Source: Mobula hypostoma (lineage: Eukaryota). Taken from it: a stretch of 64,000 nt of DNA. A model generated the notes under the pieces. The model was not told the DNA's origin. It saw only the letters and a list, made by a program, of their open reading frames with translations, and ran no database searches. Of the stretch, positions 12,165 to 24,894 are shown in pieces; the stretch's first letter is position 1; each line of letters begins with the position of its first letter. The position numbers were made by a program, and so were the translations under genes. The stretch lies in NCBI RefSeq assembly GCF_963921235.1, contig NC_086117.1:30504001-30568000 (forward strand), read 5' to 3'.

Positions 12165-12420
12165 GCCATAAGATCATATGACATAGGAGCCAAATTAGCA
12201 GTCTGCTCTGGCATTCTATCATGGCAGATATATTATCCCTGTCTACCCCATTCTCCTGCCTTCTTCTCATAACCTTTGATATCCTAACTAATCAAGAAAC
12301 TTTCAACCTCTGCTTTAAATATACCCTCCACAGCTATCTGTATCAATGAATTCCACAGATTCACTCCAGAAATTCCTCATCGCTGTTCCAAAGGGATGTC
12401 CTAAAGGCATGGACTCTTGA
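12165..12420 (-). mobile_element. CR1 LINE 3' end fragment
   Basis: cataagatcatatgacataggagccaaattag...gaattccacagattcac is the reverse complement of a CR1 3' UTR. Confidence 0.7.
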
Positions 12421-13117
12421 GAAGCATCACTTTAGCATCTATACATGGACCATTTGCACATTGTGCATTGATAAAAGACGATGCTCTCTAATTCTATCCA
12501 TTAAGCTGGAATTAATTAGAAAGTAAAAATATAGAACTTGAGTGCTTAAGATGGGTTAAAAAAACTGTAGAAGTCATCCAACTTTTATTTTAAAAAAATG
12601 TATGGTATGGCAAAGTAAGTCAGACCAAATGGTGTTTGCTTGCAACACAAAAGTAATTCATCATGTGATACTTGATTTTTCATTCAATTCAATTTTTGAA
12701 AGCAGATGAGAGACAAATGAGAAGAATATATAGGTTCAAATGAACAGCGGAGAAACTTTGGGAAGAAGTCTGGCTTGATGAACAAAAGGGAAGGGAAATG
12801 CTGGAGAGGTGGTCGAGCAGCTGCTGTCATCCTCATTGCCAAGAATATCCATGTGTGGAGGGCGAGAGAACTAGGGCTGTTTCTGCTTGGAGCTGAGAAG
12901 GTGGCAAAATAAGCTAAATGCAAGTTAAGAGGGAGCTCTGGAAGTCCACTTACGAAGAATTGTTTTCTGCAGTAGAGAAACGAACAGAGCAAATTTAAAT
13001 AAATGGCAATAGCATCAGAGGGCGAAGAGGAAAACATTTCTTCATATGGAGATCTTTTTGCTGGAATCTTCAAGTGATGGAAAAATTTTCCATTCTCACA
13101 AAGGACAATTGAACATA

Positions 13118-13674
13118 CACTCAGTGGCCACTTTATCAGTTGCCTCCTGTGTCCAATACAGTGTCCACTAAGTGTATGTCTGTGGTATTCGGTTGCTGTA
13201 ACTCATTCACTTCAAGGTTTGAGATGTTGTGCATTCAGAGATGCTCTTCTGCACACCACTGTTGTACTAGTGGTTATTTGTGTTACTGTGATCTTCCTGT
13301 CAATTGGAACCAATCTGGACGTTCTCCTCAGATCCCTTTCATTAACAACAAGGCATTTTGCCCACAGAAGTACCACTCACTTGATGGTTTTGCTTTTTCA
13401 CCATTGTCTGTAAACTTTAGAGACTGTTCTGCATGAAAATCCCAAGGGATTTGCATTTTCTGGGATATTCAAACCACCCTGTCTGGCTCCAACAATCATT
13501 CTACAGTCAATGTCACTTAGATCACATTTCTTCCCCATTCTGATGTTTGGTACAAACATTTGAACCTCCTGACCATGTCTATATACTTTTATACATTGAT
13601 TTGCTGCCATATGATTGGGTTATTAGATACTTGCATTAACGAGCAGGTGTTCCTTATAAAGTGGCCACTGAATG
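13118..13674 (-). mobile_element. Internally deleted Tc1/mariner DNA transposon
   Basis: TIRs cactcagtggccactttat / ataaagtggccactgaatg with TA on both sides; minus-strand MGKKCDLSDIDCRMIVGARQGGLNI..ANPLGFSCRTVSKVYRQW is a Tc1 paired-like HTH N-terminus. Confidence 0.9.
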
Positions 13675-14189
13675 TATATCTGAAATTAATTTATTCACAG
13701 GTATGGGGAAAATACTGAGGTGGGTCTCAAAGATCTTGCACAAGCACACTGACCAAATTGCCTGTTCTTGTTTTATCACCTCTGTGATCAGTTCCTAATT
13801 GGAAGAAAAAAAATGGGGTGGGTGTGGCCATTGAAGAAGATGGTTGATGGAAAAGAAATGGAACTTTGTTGCTCGAGATGATAATGATCAGTTTAGCTGT
13901 ACTTGGTGGCAATGTCCTATTTTGGTTTGTATGGATCTTTCAGGACAGGTGATGGATATCCAATCATATCATGCCTCATCCATACAGGATTATGTTAGGA
14001 ATCAGAAGCAGATCGAAAGTGATGAAATAATCTGAATGAAATGTGATGTAAAAGTTTGCTGATGTAGAATTGAGAGACAGGTTGAAGTGAATGATGGAAG
14101 TGATGAAGGATCAGAATTTGCCTCAGAATTTAGTTGTGAGAGTTTACTGTGGATGGACACAAAATTGGGTTGTAAAATGGGTAGGGAGA

Positions 14190-14640
14190 TACACTTTCCA
14201 CTTGACATTTATTAAGCCACTCACTCAAGTGTCCTAACCTCCTTGAAAACTTTTCTCCTTCCTCCTCACATTTCATTACCCTAATCAGTTGTCTGTCATC
14301 AGAACATTTAGAAATAAGATATTCAGATGCCTCGTTCAAATTACTGATAGAGATTGCGAATAGCTGGGTTCCAACACTGACCTTTATAGTAATCCATTTT
14401 TCCAGTCACACCAGAAAGATCCCTTTACTCTGTCTGTCAACCATTTTTCAATCCATGTCAGTAAGTTAACCACAATTTTATGTCCTTTAATTTCGCACAC
14501 TGACCTCTTATGTGGTACCTTAACGATAACTCACTAAAGGTCCAAATATACCACATTCACTGGGTCTCCCCTATCTATTGTTTGAATTACATCCTCAGTA
14601 TTCTCTAGTAGACCTGTCAAGCATGATCTTGCTATCTGAA
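14190..14640 (-). mobile_element. Degenerate CR1 RT fragment
   Basis: Minus-strand ISKCSDD (SKFADD) ..EWLNKCQ, plus an upstream remnant of VVYLD..KVPHKR. Confidence 0.6.
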
Positions 14641-15904
14641 AATTCTGTTGATATTTTCTAAGTGTCATGTCATCACATCCTTCATCATACACTTCTACAT
14701 TTCTCTACAGCTGATGCTAGGCCAAACGATTCTAAATCTGTATCTCTGTTACTTGTTGGAATTATTGCTACATTTCATTTTAAGATCTTGGGAATCAAAA
14801 ATGTCAAACTTGGTAATACCCATTTATATTGCAATACCCAGAGTATCAAAATCATATGGTTGGAAACTAAACGAACTCATTGGCAAGAAATTATGTGAAG
14901 TCTACATAGATGTCTTTAACTCCTGCCATTAATTTCTGACATTATTCTCCTGACAGCTGGATTGTTGAGATGACCTCAGAATACGAAAATTTGCTGTACA
15001 TTCATTCGGCTTAAAGTATGGAAGTACCACTTCTAAATGATTGAAACCGATTTTTGTGCAAATAGGAAGAGGAGAAATTATAGCATAAGACTTCAATCTA
15101 TCTGACCAAACCTTCATTAGCCGTGTCTTCCCAATGCTAAGCCAATTCTCCAATAACAGCTTCCACAATATCTGCTTCCAAAAGTTTGTGAGCAATATTC
15201 CCCACAATGAAGATGTTAACAAAAAACTAACTATAGAAAATGCAAGCCAGAAGTTTTGCTTCACTTTGAAAAGTGGATTAAAATAGTGTAGCACAGAGAA
15301 CCATATCAGGTTCAACCAAGATCACAGAGGAGTAATTTTCTAACATGCATGGTGCGCCATGTGTTTAATGTATCACAAATCCCAGCCTTTTTGTCATTAT
15401 GAACAGAAACACTATGGTAAAATTGTGCAAACTTTGCACCCCAATGCGTCTCCATGGTGGAAACTCTCAAAGCAGTGTTTTCTGAGTCGTGCTTTAAATT
15501 GTGGGGCCAGTTTTAGGCACATTTACTCTCTATGATGAGTGGTTGCAGGAACAGACACCAGACATCTCCGATGGCCAATAGATGAGGACGCACAGACTGT
15601 TTGGAGCTACACTTAGAATTCTTGCCTTGAGGATGAAAGACATTTTGATCACGCAGGAAGATTTTGGAGTTTTCTTTGTGCTGGACAACCAAACAGAGAC
15701 TTAAATAGCAATAGGCAGTTTTACTTGAGTTGGTGCTAGCCTCAAAATGTTGTTTTCTTGTTGGTGCAAGCACACTGCAAAAGTGACCTCACTCCTACAT
15801 TACACACCCTTGAAAACACTACTGTGCACCAAGAATCCACTGAGCTTCAAAGGCATAGAGAAAGTGTGTTCAATTTTTACAAGTGAACATAGAACAAAGT
15901 CCAT

Positions 15905-16125
15905 ATGGTATAGGAGCCAAATTAGGCCATTTGGCCCATTGAGTTTGCTCCGCCATTTCATTCTGGATAATGAAATTTTCCTCTCAGCCCCAATCTCCTG
16001 CCTTCCCCCTGTATCTTTTCATGCCCTGACAAATCAAGAATCTTTCAAACTCTGCCTTAAATATACATAAAGACTTGGCCTCCACAGCTGCCTGTGGCAA
16101 AGAATTCCACAGGTTCACCACTCTT
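15905..16125 (-). mobile_element. CR1 LINE 3' end fragment
   Basis: Closely similar to 23335-23550. Confidence 0.8.
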
Positions 16126-16339
16126 CTGACAATCAACTGGTGCACAAACATAAATTGTGGAATAGTGTTTCAAACCCATAATATTTTCCTCAAGTATTCC
16201 ACAAGTTATACGTTAGTACAACCATTATGACTGCGCCATTTATTTGTAAAAGTTATCTCCTCTACTGTACTTTTCCCATAGCCCTGCAGATCTTTTATGT
16301 GACATTTCTATTCCCTCAGTGGAAAATTACTATTGAATC

Positions 16340-16860
16340 TGTTTCACCTCATATTCCGTCAGGGTAGCCTCCAATCTCATGGCATGAACATTGATTTTTC
16401 TAACCCAGTAATTTCTCATCCTCTCCTTTCTCTCTTTTTCATTCCCCATTGTGGCAACCCTCTTACCTCTTCTCTTCTCCTCACCTGCTTATCACATCCC
16501 TCCAATGCTCTGCCTCCTTCCCTATTTCTAATGGTCCACTCTCTTCTCCTATCAGATTCTTCCTTCTTCAACCCATTACCATTTCCACCTATCACCTCTC
16601 GGCTTCTTATTCCATTTCCCTCCCCCAACAATTCTCCTCTCCACTTGGCTTCACCTATCACCTTATAGCTTGTACTTCTTCCCCTTCCCCTCCACCTACT
16701 CATTCTGGCTTCCTCCCCCTTCCTTTAAGTCCTGCCGAAGGGTCTCAGTGAGAAACATTGTCAGTTGATTCATCTCCATAGGTGCTGCCTGATCTGTTGA
16801 GTTACTCCAGCATTTTCTGTGTGTTGCTCTAGAATTTTAGCATCTGCAGAATTTCTTATA
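16340..16860 (+). mobile_element. Penelope-like element 3' fragment (ORF end + pLTR)
   Basis: HLIFRQGSLQSHGMNIDFSN matches the PLE C-terminus; degenerate hammerhead (cctgccgaagggtctcagtgagaaacattg) and pLTR tail. Confidence 0.85.
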
Positions 16861-17802
16861 ATTATTGAATCTGTTTTCCTCTGTTCAGTGGAGTCTATTA
16901 ATGTATGAACTATAATATTAGAATACTCGAGGATTGTATATTCTACTCAAATTTCATTTTTTTGTTTGCCAGTAAAGAAGAATCAGAAGTGTTTCCTATA
17001 CCTTTCATTAGAATGACTTTAATATCTTGTCTGTCATCTGCAGCACCTGTTATCTGAGATAAGCACTGGTGACTATGGCTGGGTGCAGCACCTAGAGTTG
17101 TGAGTATTTTGTTCCTTCATTTCACCTGGATCCTGTTTACATTTTCAGCAAATATTGGCCCTTCAAGTATCATAGTGTCAATAAATGTGGTAACATGTCA
17201 TTCTCTCCTCCTCTTATCTCGAGCTTTGTTTGACTTAAAATAGATCTCACTTTGGAAAAAATCTTGAAATAAAAATCAGGACCCCATCCCCATGGCAGAG
17301 GCTGAATAGGTAGCAATAATCTTTTTGGAGGTTTGAGCAAGGTGTTTCTGGACGTAGAGCAGAGGAATTCCGATCCACTGCTGTAAAATTTATCTCATAA
17401 AAAGATAACAATAATAATAGCACTGGGGCTAATTAACCTCCCACATGTGGGCTGGCCTTCTCTGCAAAGTTGCAGTTTAGATTAGCAGAGAGCATCAAGG
17501 ATGGATGGTGTTGCTGTGATCTGCAAAACAAACAACTGAGTGTAAAATGGGGTGGCGATGAAGAAAATGAGTTACTTGTCCTGCACACATTACATTTTCA
17601 TAGCTAGCTGTTGAAATCTCATTCTTCATTGTTCAAGAAAAAAGTCTATCTCTGTCTCGTGCCCCCCACATGGATTTGTATTTGTATTTGTATTTATTTA
17701 TTTCTTACGTCCAAGGGAATAAACATCTTTATGTTACAATTGTCAAGCAATACAGAGGGGAAATGTGGAAGGACATTGCCCAAACATTAAAAGTGTACAC
17801 AT

Positions 17803-19058
17803 AATGGCTTTGTGAAGGGCAGATCGTGTCTAACAAGCCTGATAGAGTTTTTTTAGGAGGTGACCAGGCATATAGATGAGGATAGTGCAGTGGATGTGAT
17901 CTATATGGATTTTAGTAAGGCATTTGACAAGGTTCCACATAGTAGGCTTATTCAGAAAGTCAGAAGGCATGGGATCCAGGGAAGTTTGGCCATGTGGATT
18001 CAGAATTGGCTTGCCTGCAGAAGGCAGAGGGTCGTGGTGGAGGGAGTACATTCAGATTGGAGGATTGTGACTAGTGGTGTCCCACAAGGATCTGTTCTAG
18101 GACCTCTACTTTTCATGATTTTTATTAACAACCTGGATGTGGGGGTAGAAGGGTGGGTTGGCAAGTTTGCAGAAGACACAAAGGTTGGTGGTGTTGTAGG
18201 TAGTGTAGAGGACTGTCAAAGATTGCAGAGAGACATTGGTAGGATGCAGAAGTGGGCTGAGAAGTGGCAGATGGAGTTCAACACGGAGAAGTGTGAGGTG
18301 GTACACTTTGGAAGGACAAACTCCAAGGCAGAGTACAAAGTAAAGGCAGAATACTTGGTAGTGTGGAGGAGCAGAGGGATCTGGGGGTACATGTCCACAG
18401 ATCCCTGAAAGTTGCCTCACAGGTGGATAGCGTAGTTAAGAAAGCTTATGGGGTGTTAACTTTCATAAGTTGAGGGATAGAGTTTAAGAGTCGCAACGTA
18501 ATGATGCAGCTTTATAAAACTCTGGTTAGGCCACACTTGGAGTACTGTGTCCAGTTCTGGTCGCCTCACTATAGGAAGAATGTGGAAGCATTGGAAAGGG
18601 TAGAGAGGAGATTTACCAGGATGCTGCCTGCTTTAGAGAGTATGTATTATGATCAGAGATTAAGGGAGCTAGGGCTTTACTCTTTGGAGTGAAGGAGGAT
18701 GAGAGGAGACATGATAGAGGTGTACAAGATAATAAGAGGAATAGATAGAGTGGCTAGCCAGCGCCTCTTCCCCAGGGCATCACTGCTCAATACAAGAGGA
18801 CATGGCTTTAAGGTAAGGGGTGGGAAGTTCAAGGGGGATATTAGAGGAATGTTTTTTACTCAGAGAGTGGTTGGTGCATGGAATGCACTGCCTGAGTCAG
18901 TGGTGGAGGCAGATACACTAGTGAAGTTTAAGAGACTACTAGACAGGTATATAGAGGAATTTAAGGTGGGGGCTTATATGGGAGGCAGGGTTTGAGGGTC
19001 GGCACAACATTGTGGGCCGAAAGGCCTGTACTGTGCTGTACTATTCTATGCTCTATGT
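17803..19058 (+). mobile_element. CR1 LINE, 5'-truncated, RT domain to 3' tail (relatively young)
   Basis: VDVIYMDFSKAFDKVPH, SGVPQGSVLGPLLF, KFAEDTK, LYKTLVRPHLEYCVQFWSPHY; few disablements; tattctatgctctatg tail. Confidence 0.95.
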
Positions 19059-19074
19059 TGTGTAATTGTTTTGT

Positions 19075-19645
19075 AGACATGTATGTACAGTCAGATATGC
19101 AATCAGATCAATGTGTATTGATAAGTCTGATGGCCTGGTGAAAGAAGCTGTCCTGGAGCATGTTGGTCCTGGCCGTAATGCTGCGGTACCGTTTGCCAGA
19201 TGGTAGCAGCTGAAACAGTTTGTGGTTGGGGTGGCTGGGGTTCCTGATGAACCTTCACTATTATGTACCTACTGCTGTAACTGTCCTGAGAAGAGGAAAG
19301 TTCACAGCCACAGATTTGCTGAGCTGTCCACACCACTCTCTGCAGTGCCCTGTGATTGAGGGTAGTACGGTTCCTGTGCCAGGCAGTGACAAATCCAGTC
19401 AGGATGCTCTCGATGGTGGCCCTGTAGAATGTCCTGATGATCTGGGGACTCATGCTGAACTTCTTCAGCGGTCTGAGGAGAAAGGGGTGCTGTTGTGCTT
19501 TTTTTTTAACCACGCAGCTGGTATGTACAGTCCAGGTGAGATTTTCGGTGATGTGTATACTGAGAAACTTGAAACTACTCACCCTCTCAGCTGCAGTCCC
19601 AATGATGTCAATAGGATCTAGCCTGTCTCCATTCCTCTTGTAATC
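19075..19645 (-). mobile_element. Rex1/Babar-type LINE 3' fragment
   Basis: ERVSSFKFLSIHITENLTW..KKAQQ..FLLR.LKKF.MSPQI.RTFYRATIESILTG is the characteristic C-terminus of this clade. Confidence 0.85.
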
Positions 19646-20076
19646 CGGGAGAGACGGTTCCAAAGCTTGAACTCTTTTTTGAAGAAGTCTGAGAGAAACC
19701 CACCAAACTGCTGCATCTTCAAGAACCAGTGACTACTCACTGCTACATGACCTACCCATTCACTTTAGACTGGCGTTCGGGATTTCTTGTCTTGATTGAG
19801 TTGTCCTGTATCCATTACCACATGATTTACCCTCTTCTCTCCCACCCAACCCATTATTTAATAATAGAAAAGCACACAATTTGAAACTGCATATTTCACA
19901 ACCTCAGAACAGTTCAAATTGTGTTACTTGAAGCATTTCTTAATGTATGATCGCAACTGTAATGCAGCTATTGTGCACTGAAAGGAAATATTTTAATTAC
20001 ACCTGTGTAATGTACTTCTGCAATTGAATTATACTCAACTTTGGCTTTATTCCACCACGGTTACACCTGGGGAAGA

Positions 20077-20255
20077 CACACAAAATTCTGCAGAAACTCA
20101 GCCGGTCAGGTCGCATCAATGGTGGGGAAGAAACAGTTGACATTTTGGACCGAGATGTCGAGTGTTTATTCCCTTCCGAAAATGCTGCTTGATCTCCTGA
20201 GTTCCTTTAGAATTTGTGTGTGTTGCTCTGGATTTCTAGCATCTGCTGAATACCT
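20077..20255. mobile_element. Fold-back (inverted pair) of Penelope pLTR ends
   Basis: Left arm acacacaaaattctgcagaaactcagccggtcaggtcgcat..aaacagttgacat is complementary to right arm atgtcgagtgttt..atgctgcttgatctcctgagttcctttagaatttgtgtgt. Confidence 0.75.
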
Positions 20256-21559
20256 TGCTTATTACATCGTACACCTGGGCCTTGTGTTAGTTCGAAGTTC
20301 AAAGTAAATTTGTTATCAAAGCACGTATATGGTTCAATGGTTCCATTTAATATCAGAGAATGTACACAGCACATAACCTGAAACTCTTAGCCTTTACAGA
20401 CATCCACAAAACAGGGGAATATATGTCATCATATACAACCCTGAGAATTATTTACTTCTGATTAAGGTTTTGACCTGAAGTTTCGACAATTCCTTCCCTC
20501 CCCACCCCCACCCCACCACACCATAGGTGCTGCATATTGATGATGCTGAGTTCCTCCAGCAGATTGTTGTCTGGCTTTGTATTAACATTTTCACAATGGT
20601 GATCAGAGAGAATGCAGCATTCTCCCTCTTATCTTATCTATCAAGAGCAGCCACAATCTTTGCATTCCAAGTTTCAGAAGGGCTCGTAAATGCCATAACC
20701 TTTTCGACTCACATATGAAAGTGCCACCAGTTTTCAGCAGTTGATGACAGCAAATATATTATTGCCACCTGCTCCATGAAGGTGATTTCTGGCACCTTTC
20801 AGCTCAAGTAACAAATTTACATTTCACTAAAAAGCATCATGACAAGTTCACAGACAAATTCACCGTGCTGCTTCTTAAGGCAAACACTGAAATGATTTTC
20901 TACAAATGTTGATTACTAACAATCATGTGACTATTTTGTTGCCTTAATGCTCTGATTGATGTTAGCCAGGAGATTGGGAGGACCACATCCATACCTAAAA
21001 GGTGTCATTGGATTTGAAGCACAAGGACCCTTGAATTAATAATGAATTTAAGAGTAGATTTGTATTCATTTTTCCTGCTGGTTTCTTTAAAATTCCAGAA
21101 ATTAATTACTGAATTGTACAATTTTGTGCACTTTTTCAAAATAAGTATCTAAGAGAAATTTGAACTTTTGACGCATTAACAGACATCCATCAACAAATCT
21201 GATATCTTAACTAATCAAAATAGCAAAAAATTTATTTTGACATGTTAATATCTACAATATTTAAAATAAAAACAAATCATAAACTGTAAGATCCCTGTAC
21301 AGCAGGAGCATCACAGTGCATTTTTCAAAACATTATGAATTTGAGCCTACATAATTAATTATTGAACCACTGATCAAAAGGAAAGTCTTGGTAGCCTTTC
21401 ATAGAAATTAAGAGACTTCAACCCCAATACAGTATATTTTCTTTTTTTGTAGAATGTAACTTGATAAAATTAGAACAGCAGTAATTGGGCTTAAGAAGCA
21501 CGAATTAATTGGTGTAAGACTAACAATGAGGTGTAGATCTTGTACCTTAAATATTTGAG

Positions 21560-22265
21560 GTGCAAAGGGATTTGGGAGTTGTCGTGCAGGATTCCCTAAA
21601 GGTTAATTTGCAGGTTGAGTCGGTGGTGAGGAAGGAAAATAGAATGTTAGAATTCATTTTGAGAGGATTAGAATATAAAAACAAGCATGTAATGTTGAAG
21701 CTTTAGAAGGCACTGATGAGGCCTCATTTGGAGTTTTGTGAGCAGCTTTAGATCCCTTATCTATGAAAGGATGTGTTTACATTGAAAAGGGTTCAAAGAA
21801 GGTTCATGAGAATGGCTTATCATATGAGGAGCATTTGATGGCTCTGGGCCTTTACTGACTGTAATTCAGAAGAATGAGTGGGGAAGGGGATCTCATTGAA
21901 ACCCATAGAGTGGATGTTTCCCTAGTGGGGGAGTCTAAGACCAGAGGACACAGCTTCTGAATAGAGGGACATCCTTTTAGAACAAAAATGAGGAGGAATT
22001 TCTTAAACCAGAGAGTGGTGTATCTATGGAATTCATTGCCACAGGTGACTGTGGAGGCCAAGTATATTTGGGTGTATTTAATGCAGAGATTGATAGATTC
22101 TTGATTAGTCAGAGCATGAAGGGATACGGGGGGGCTGGGGGAGGGTGGAAGGTGGGAGATTGGGAGTGAGAGGGGAATGAATCAGCCATGATCAAATGGC
22201 GGAACAGACTCGATGGATCAAATGGCCTACTTCTGTTCCTACAATTTGTGGTCTTATGGTCTTAT
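21560..22265 (+). mobile_element. CR1 LINE 3' fragment
   Basis: Degenerate ORF2 C-terminus (..RPHLEFCEQL..), gaggacacagc and agagagtggtg motifs, tggtcttatggtctta tail. Confidence 0.85.
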
Positions 22266-23334
22266 ATTTGGTTGAATTGAACCAAAGTGACTAAACTCAA
22301 ATGTGAGCCAGAATAGGACATCAAGGTTTAAGGACATATTGATTTAAAAGTTCCTGAAAAACTCTGGATGCCGTTCCCTAAGGAATCAACCATGACATCG
22401 GAAATACATCTTGAAGACTCCATATGCAATGTTTGATATCAAGAACCGAATTAAAATGACCTACTCCCAAATAATCAGCATAATTCAGACACTTCGTTGT
22501 TGGTGTGAACTAAAATCATAAACTAAGGGCTCACAGATGTTGCAACAAAAGAGCAGATTAGAAACATTTGTTTTTACAGCCTTGACTTTTTGAATTCAGA
22601 ACTTCAAGCAACAATTCTAAGGCCGGATAAGTTAAACAGGCAACATTTTATGAAGATCAAGTCTTGTACGTAATACTTTACGTGAATAGAGAGATTATCA
22701 GTAAAAATACTTTCTCACACCCTGACTCCCACTGACAACATTACTACAATCTTGGCTTATTACACTGCAGATCTCTTTACATTTTCAATACAAAGTAAAA
22801 TTCTGCAGGTGTCAGCTGCTTTGCTTATCGTCATGGGGAGGACAATCATTACAAAGAACTGCAGAGTGTAATTAATAGTTCATATTAAACGTAGTGAGCC
22901 AATCTAAGTTTCTGACAATCTACCTAGTGTGCACCAATATTTCAAAGATAGTATCTTTTGGTTTTGCAACTTAACCCTGGGGTTTCAATTATGACGCCCC
23001 TTGTTCCAGCTGTGGTCTCCAGTCTGGTTAAGACAGGTTCATAATTTGATAAGTCATGAAAGCTTTCCTGAAATTGTCAGCCAGTTTTATAAAATAGTCT
23101 GATATTCTTGTCAAATCATTTGTTTTCAAGTCCATGTCCACATGTTTGATCTTAAGTGGTAATATTTGAGGTAAAGGTATTTGAAACTGCAAGTAACACC
23201 CCTTTCCTTCACCCCTGCATCCTATCATTTGTTATTGAAACCTCATCTCTGGCTTTGTTAAATTTGACTTGACTATTCTAACATGCTCTTGGTTGGTTTC
23301 CCCCTTTTCCACTTACTGCGATCTTGATGTCTGT

Positions 23335-23670
23335 AAGACCAAAAGATATCGGAGCAGAATTAGGCCATTTGGGCCATTGAGTCTGCTCCGCTGTTCCATC
23401 ATGGCTGATCCATTTTCCCTCTCAGCCCCAAGGTCCTGCTTTCTCCAAGTATCCCCTCATGCCCTGATAAATCAAGAATCTATCAAACTCTGCTTTAAAT
23501 ACACCCAATGACCTGGCCTCCACAGCCACCTGTGGCAAAGATTCACCACTCTCTGGCTGAACAAATTCCTCCTCATCTCCGTTGTAATTGGATGTCCCTC
23601 TGCTCTGAGGCTGTGTCCTTTGATCTTAGACTCTCCCACCATAGGAAACATCCTCTCCACATCCACTCAT
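23335..23670 (-). mobile_element. CR1 LINE 3' end fragment
   Basis: Minus ORF MDVERMFPMVGESKIKGHSLR..EMRRNLFSQRVVNL. Confidence 0.88.
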
Positions 23671-24894
23671 GTCAGGTAAAATCTTGCTGTTGGTGTCATA
23701 TATTGCACCAATATCTGATCAATTATCACCCCTGGGCTTGTTAACTCATCTTGGCTCCCACTTAAGTAACACCTCAGTTTAAAACTTCCATTATTCTTTT
23801 CCAATGAAGTTCTTTTTAAAACATCATTCCATTATTTAGGTTGTAAATAAATATTCAATACTTTGTTCTCTTGAATCAAAACAAAATTCAATAGTAAACA
23901 GCTTTGATCATCCAGTCCAATGATTTGCTCAAGAAAGTGATGCAGACCATCGTACACAAATTCCTGTGTTCATCATTTCCGTGCTTCACTACATGGTCAA
24001 TAATGGCAGCACATTCAATCGCAGTGTCGTCTACAGAGTCAATAAAAGGTGTCATTGTCCTTTCTAAGTGTATTTTTTATGATCACAGGACCCTGCTTTA
24101 CACTAAGAACTTAAAGTACTGCAGGTCTATCTACCCCAACAGTGAGTTGTTCATTGGTGAAGAAACTGAAGAAACTGGACTTGATACAGATCGTGCTGCT
24201 GCCTGCATCAGAGAGGTGTCAGATGAGCTGGTGCACAAAGGAGCTGTGCATGTGCAGACTAACAGCGAATGATTGTCTTAGCCACTTTTCTTGACTCTTT
24301 TGGAGAATGTTAACGTGGAATGCTGCAAGTCCAATTCACTGATTTATTGGTGGGTGGCAGGGGCATTCAGTCATAGCGAGGACTGGGCCTTAAGCTGCAG
24401 TGCCTTCTGTTTACAGCCCCCCAAAAGTGAGGTGGTGAGTGAGTATGGCATCCAATCTGGGTCGGTGCTACCCCCCAGTGTTTGCTCTGCAGAAGAAAAG
24501 CTGTATTCCTGCAACATTCATGGACTCAGGGTCTTTGACTATATTTTCTATGTGACTGCATTTTACAGATATCTTTTATGTGCTTGCTATGTTTAATATG
24601 CTATATGTGCCTTGTGCTGTGTGTGACAGTAGGTACTGTGCTTTGCACTTTGGCCCTGGAGTAATGCTGTTTTGTTTGATTGTATTCATGTATAGTTGAA
24701 TGACAATTACACTTGGACTTGAAACATTCCTATATTGAATGCCTGCTGGATTGTCTCACCCAGTTATGGATAATTTAAGTATCTCACCTTGTTTTCTGAA
24801 TATACCATAGATAACATTTAATTTTGGATGCACAACAGCTGTTGCAGGGTTTGCATGCCATTACTTCCAATGAGGTGAAACCTAACAACAAAAA

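Noticed and set aside
12684-15773. Minus-strand ORFs of 86-129 aa in unique-looking sequence
   Set aside because: Non-ATG starts, no similarity to ASTN2 or any family I recognise, and no convincing splice-site pairs.
19103-19663. 186-aa ORF resembling the DUF1891/ALKBH8-like annotations often given to fish proteins
   Set aside because: It is the C-terminus of a Rex1/Babar LINE ORF, repeated in degenerate form at about 30550 and 43500; not a host gene.
23904-24596. 122-aa and 101-aa plus-strand ORFs
   Set aside because: Non-ATG starts, no recognisable domain, and they run into a LINE-type 3' tail at about 24515-24722.
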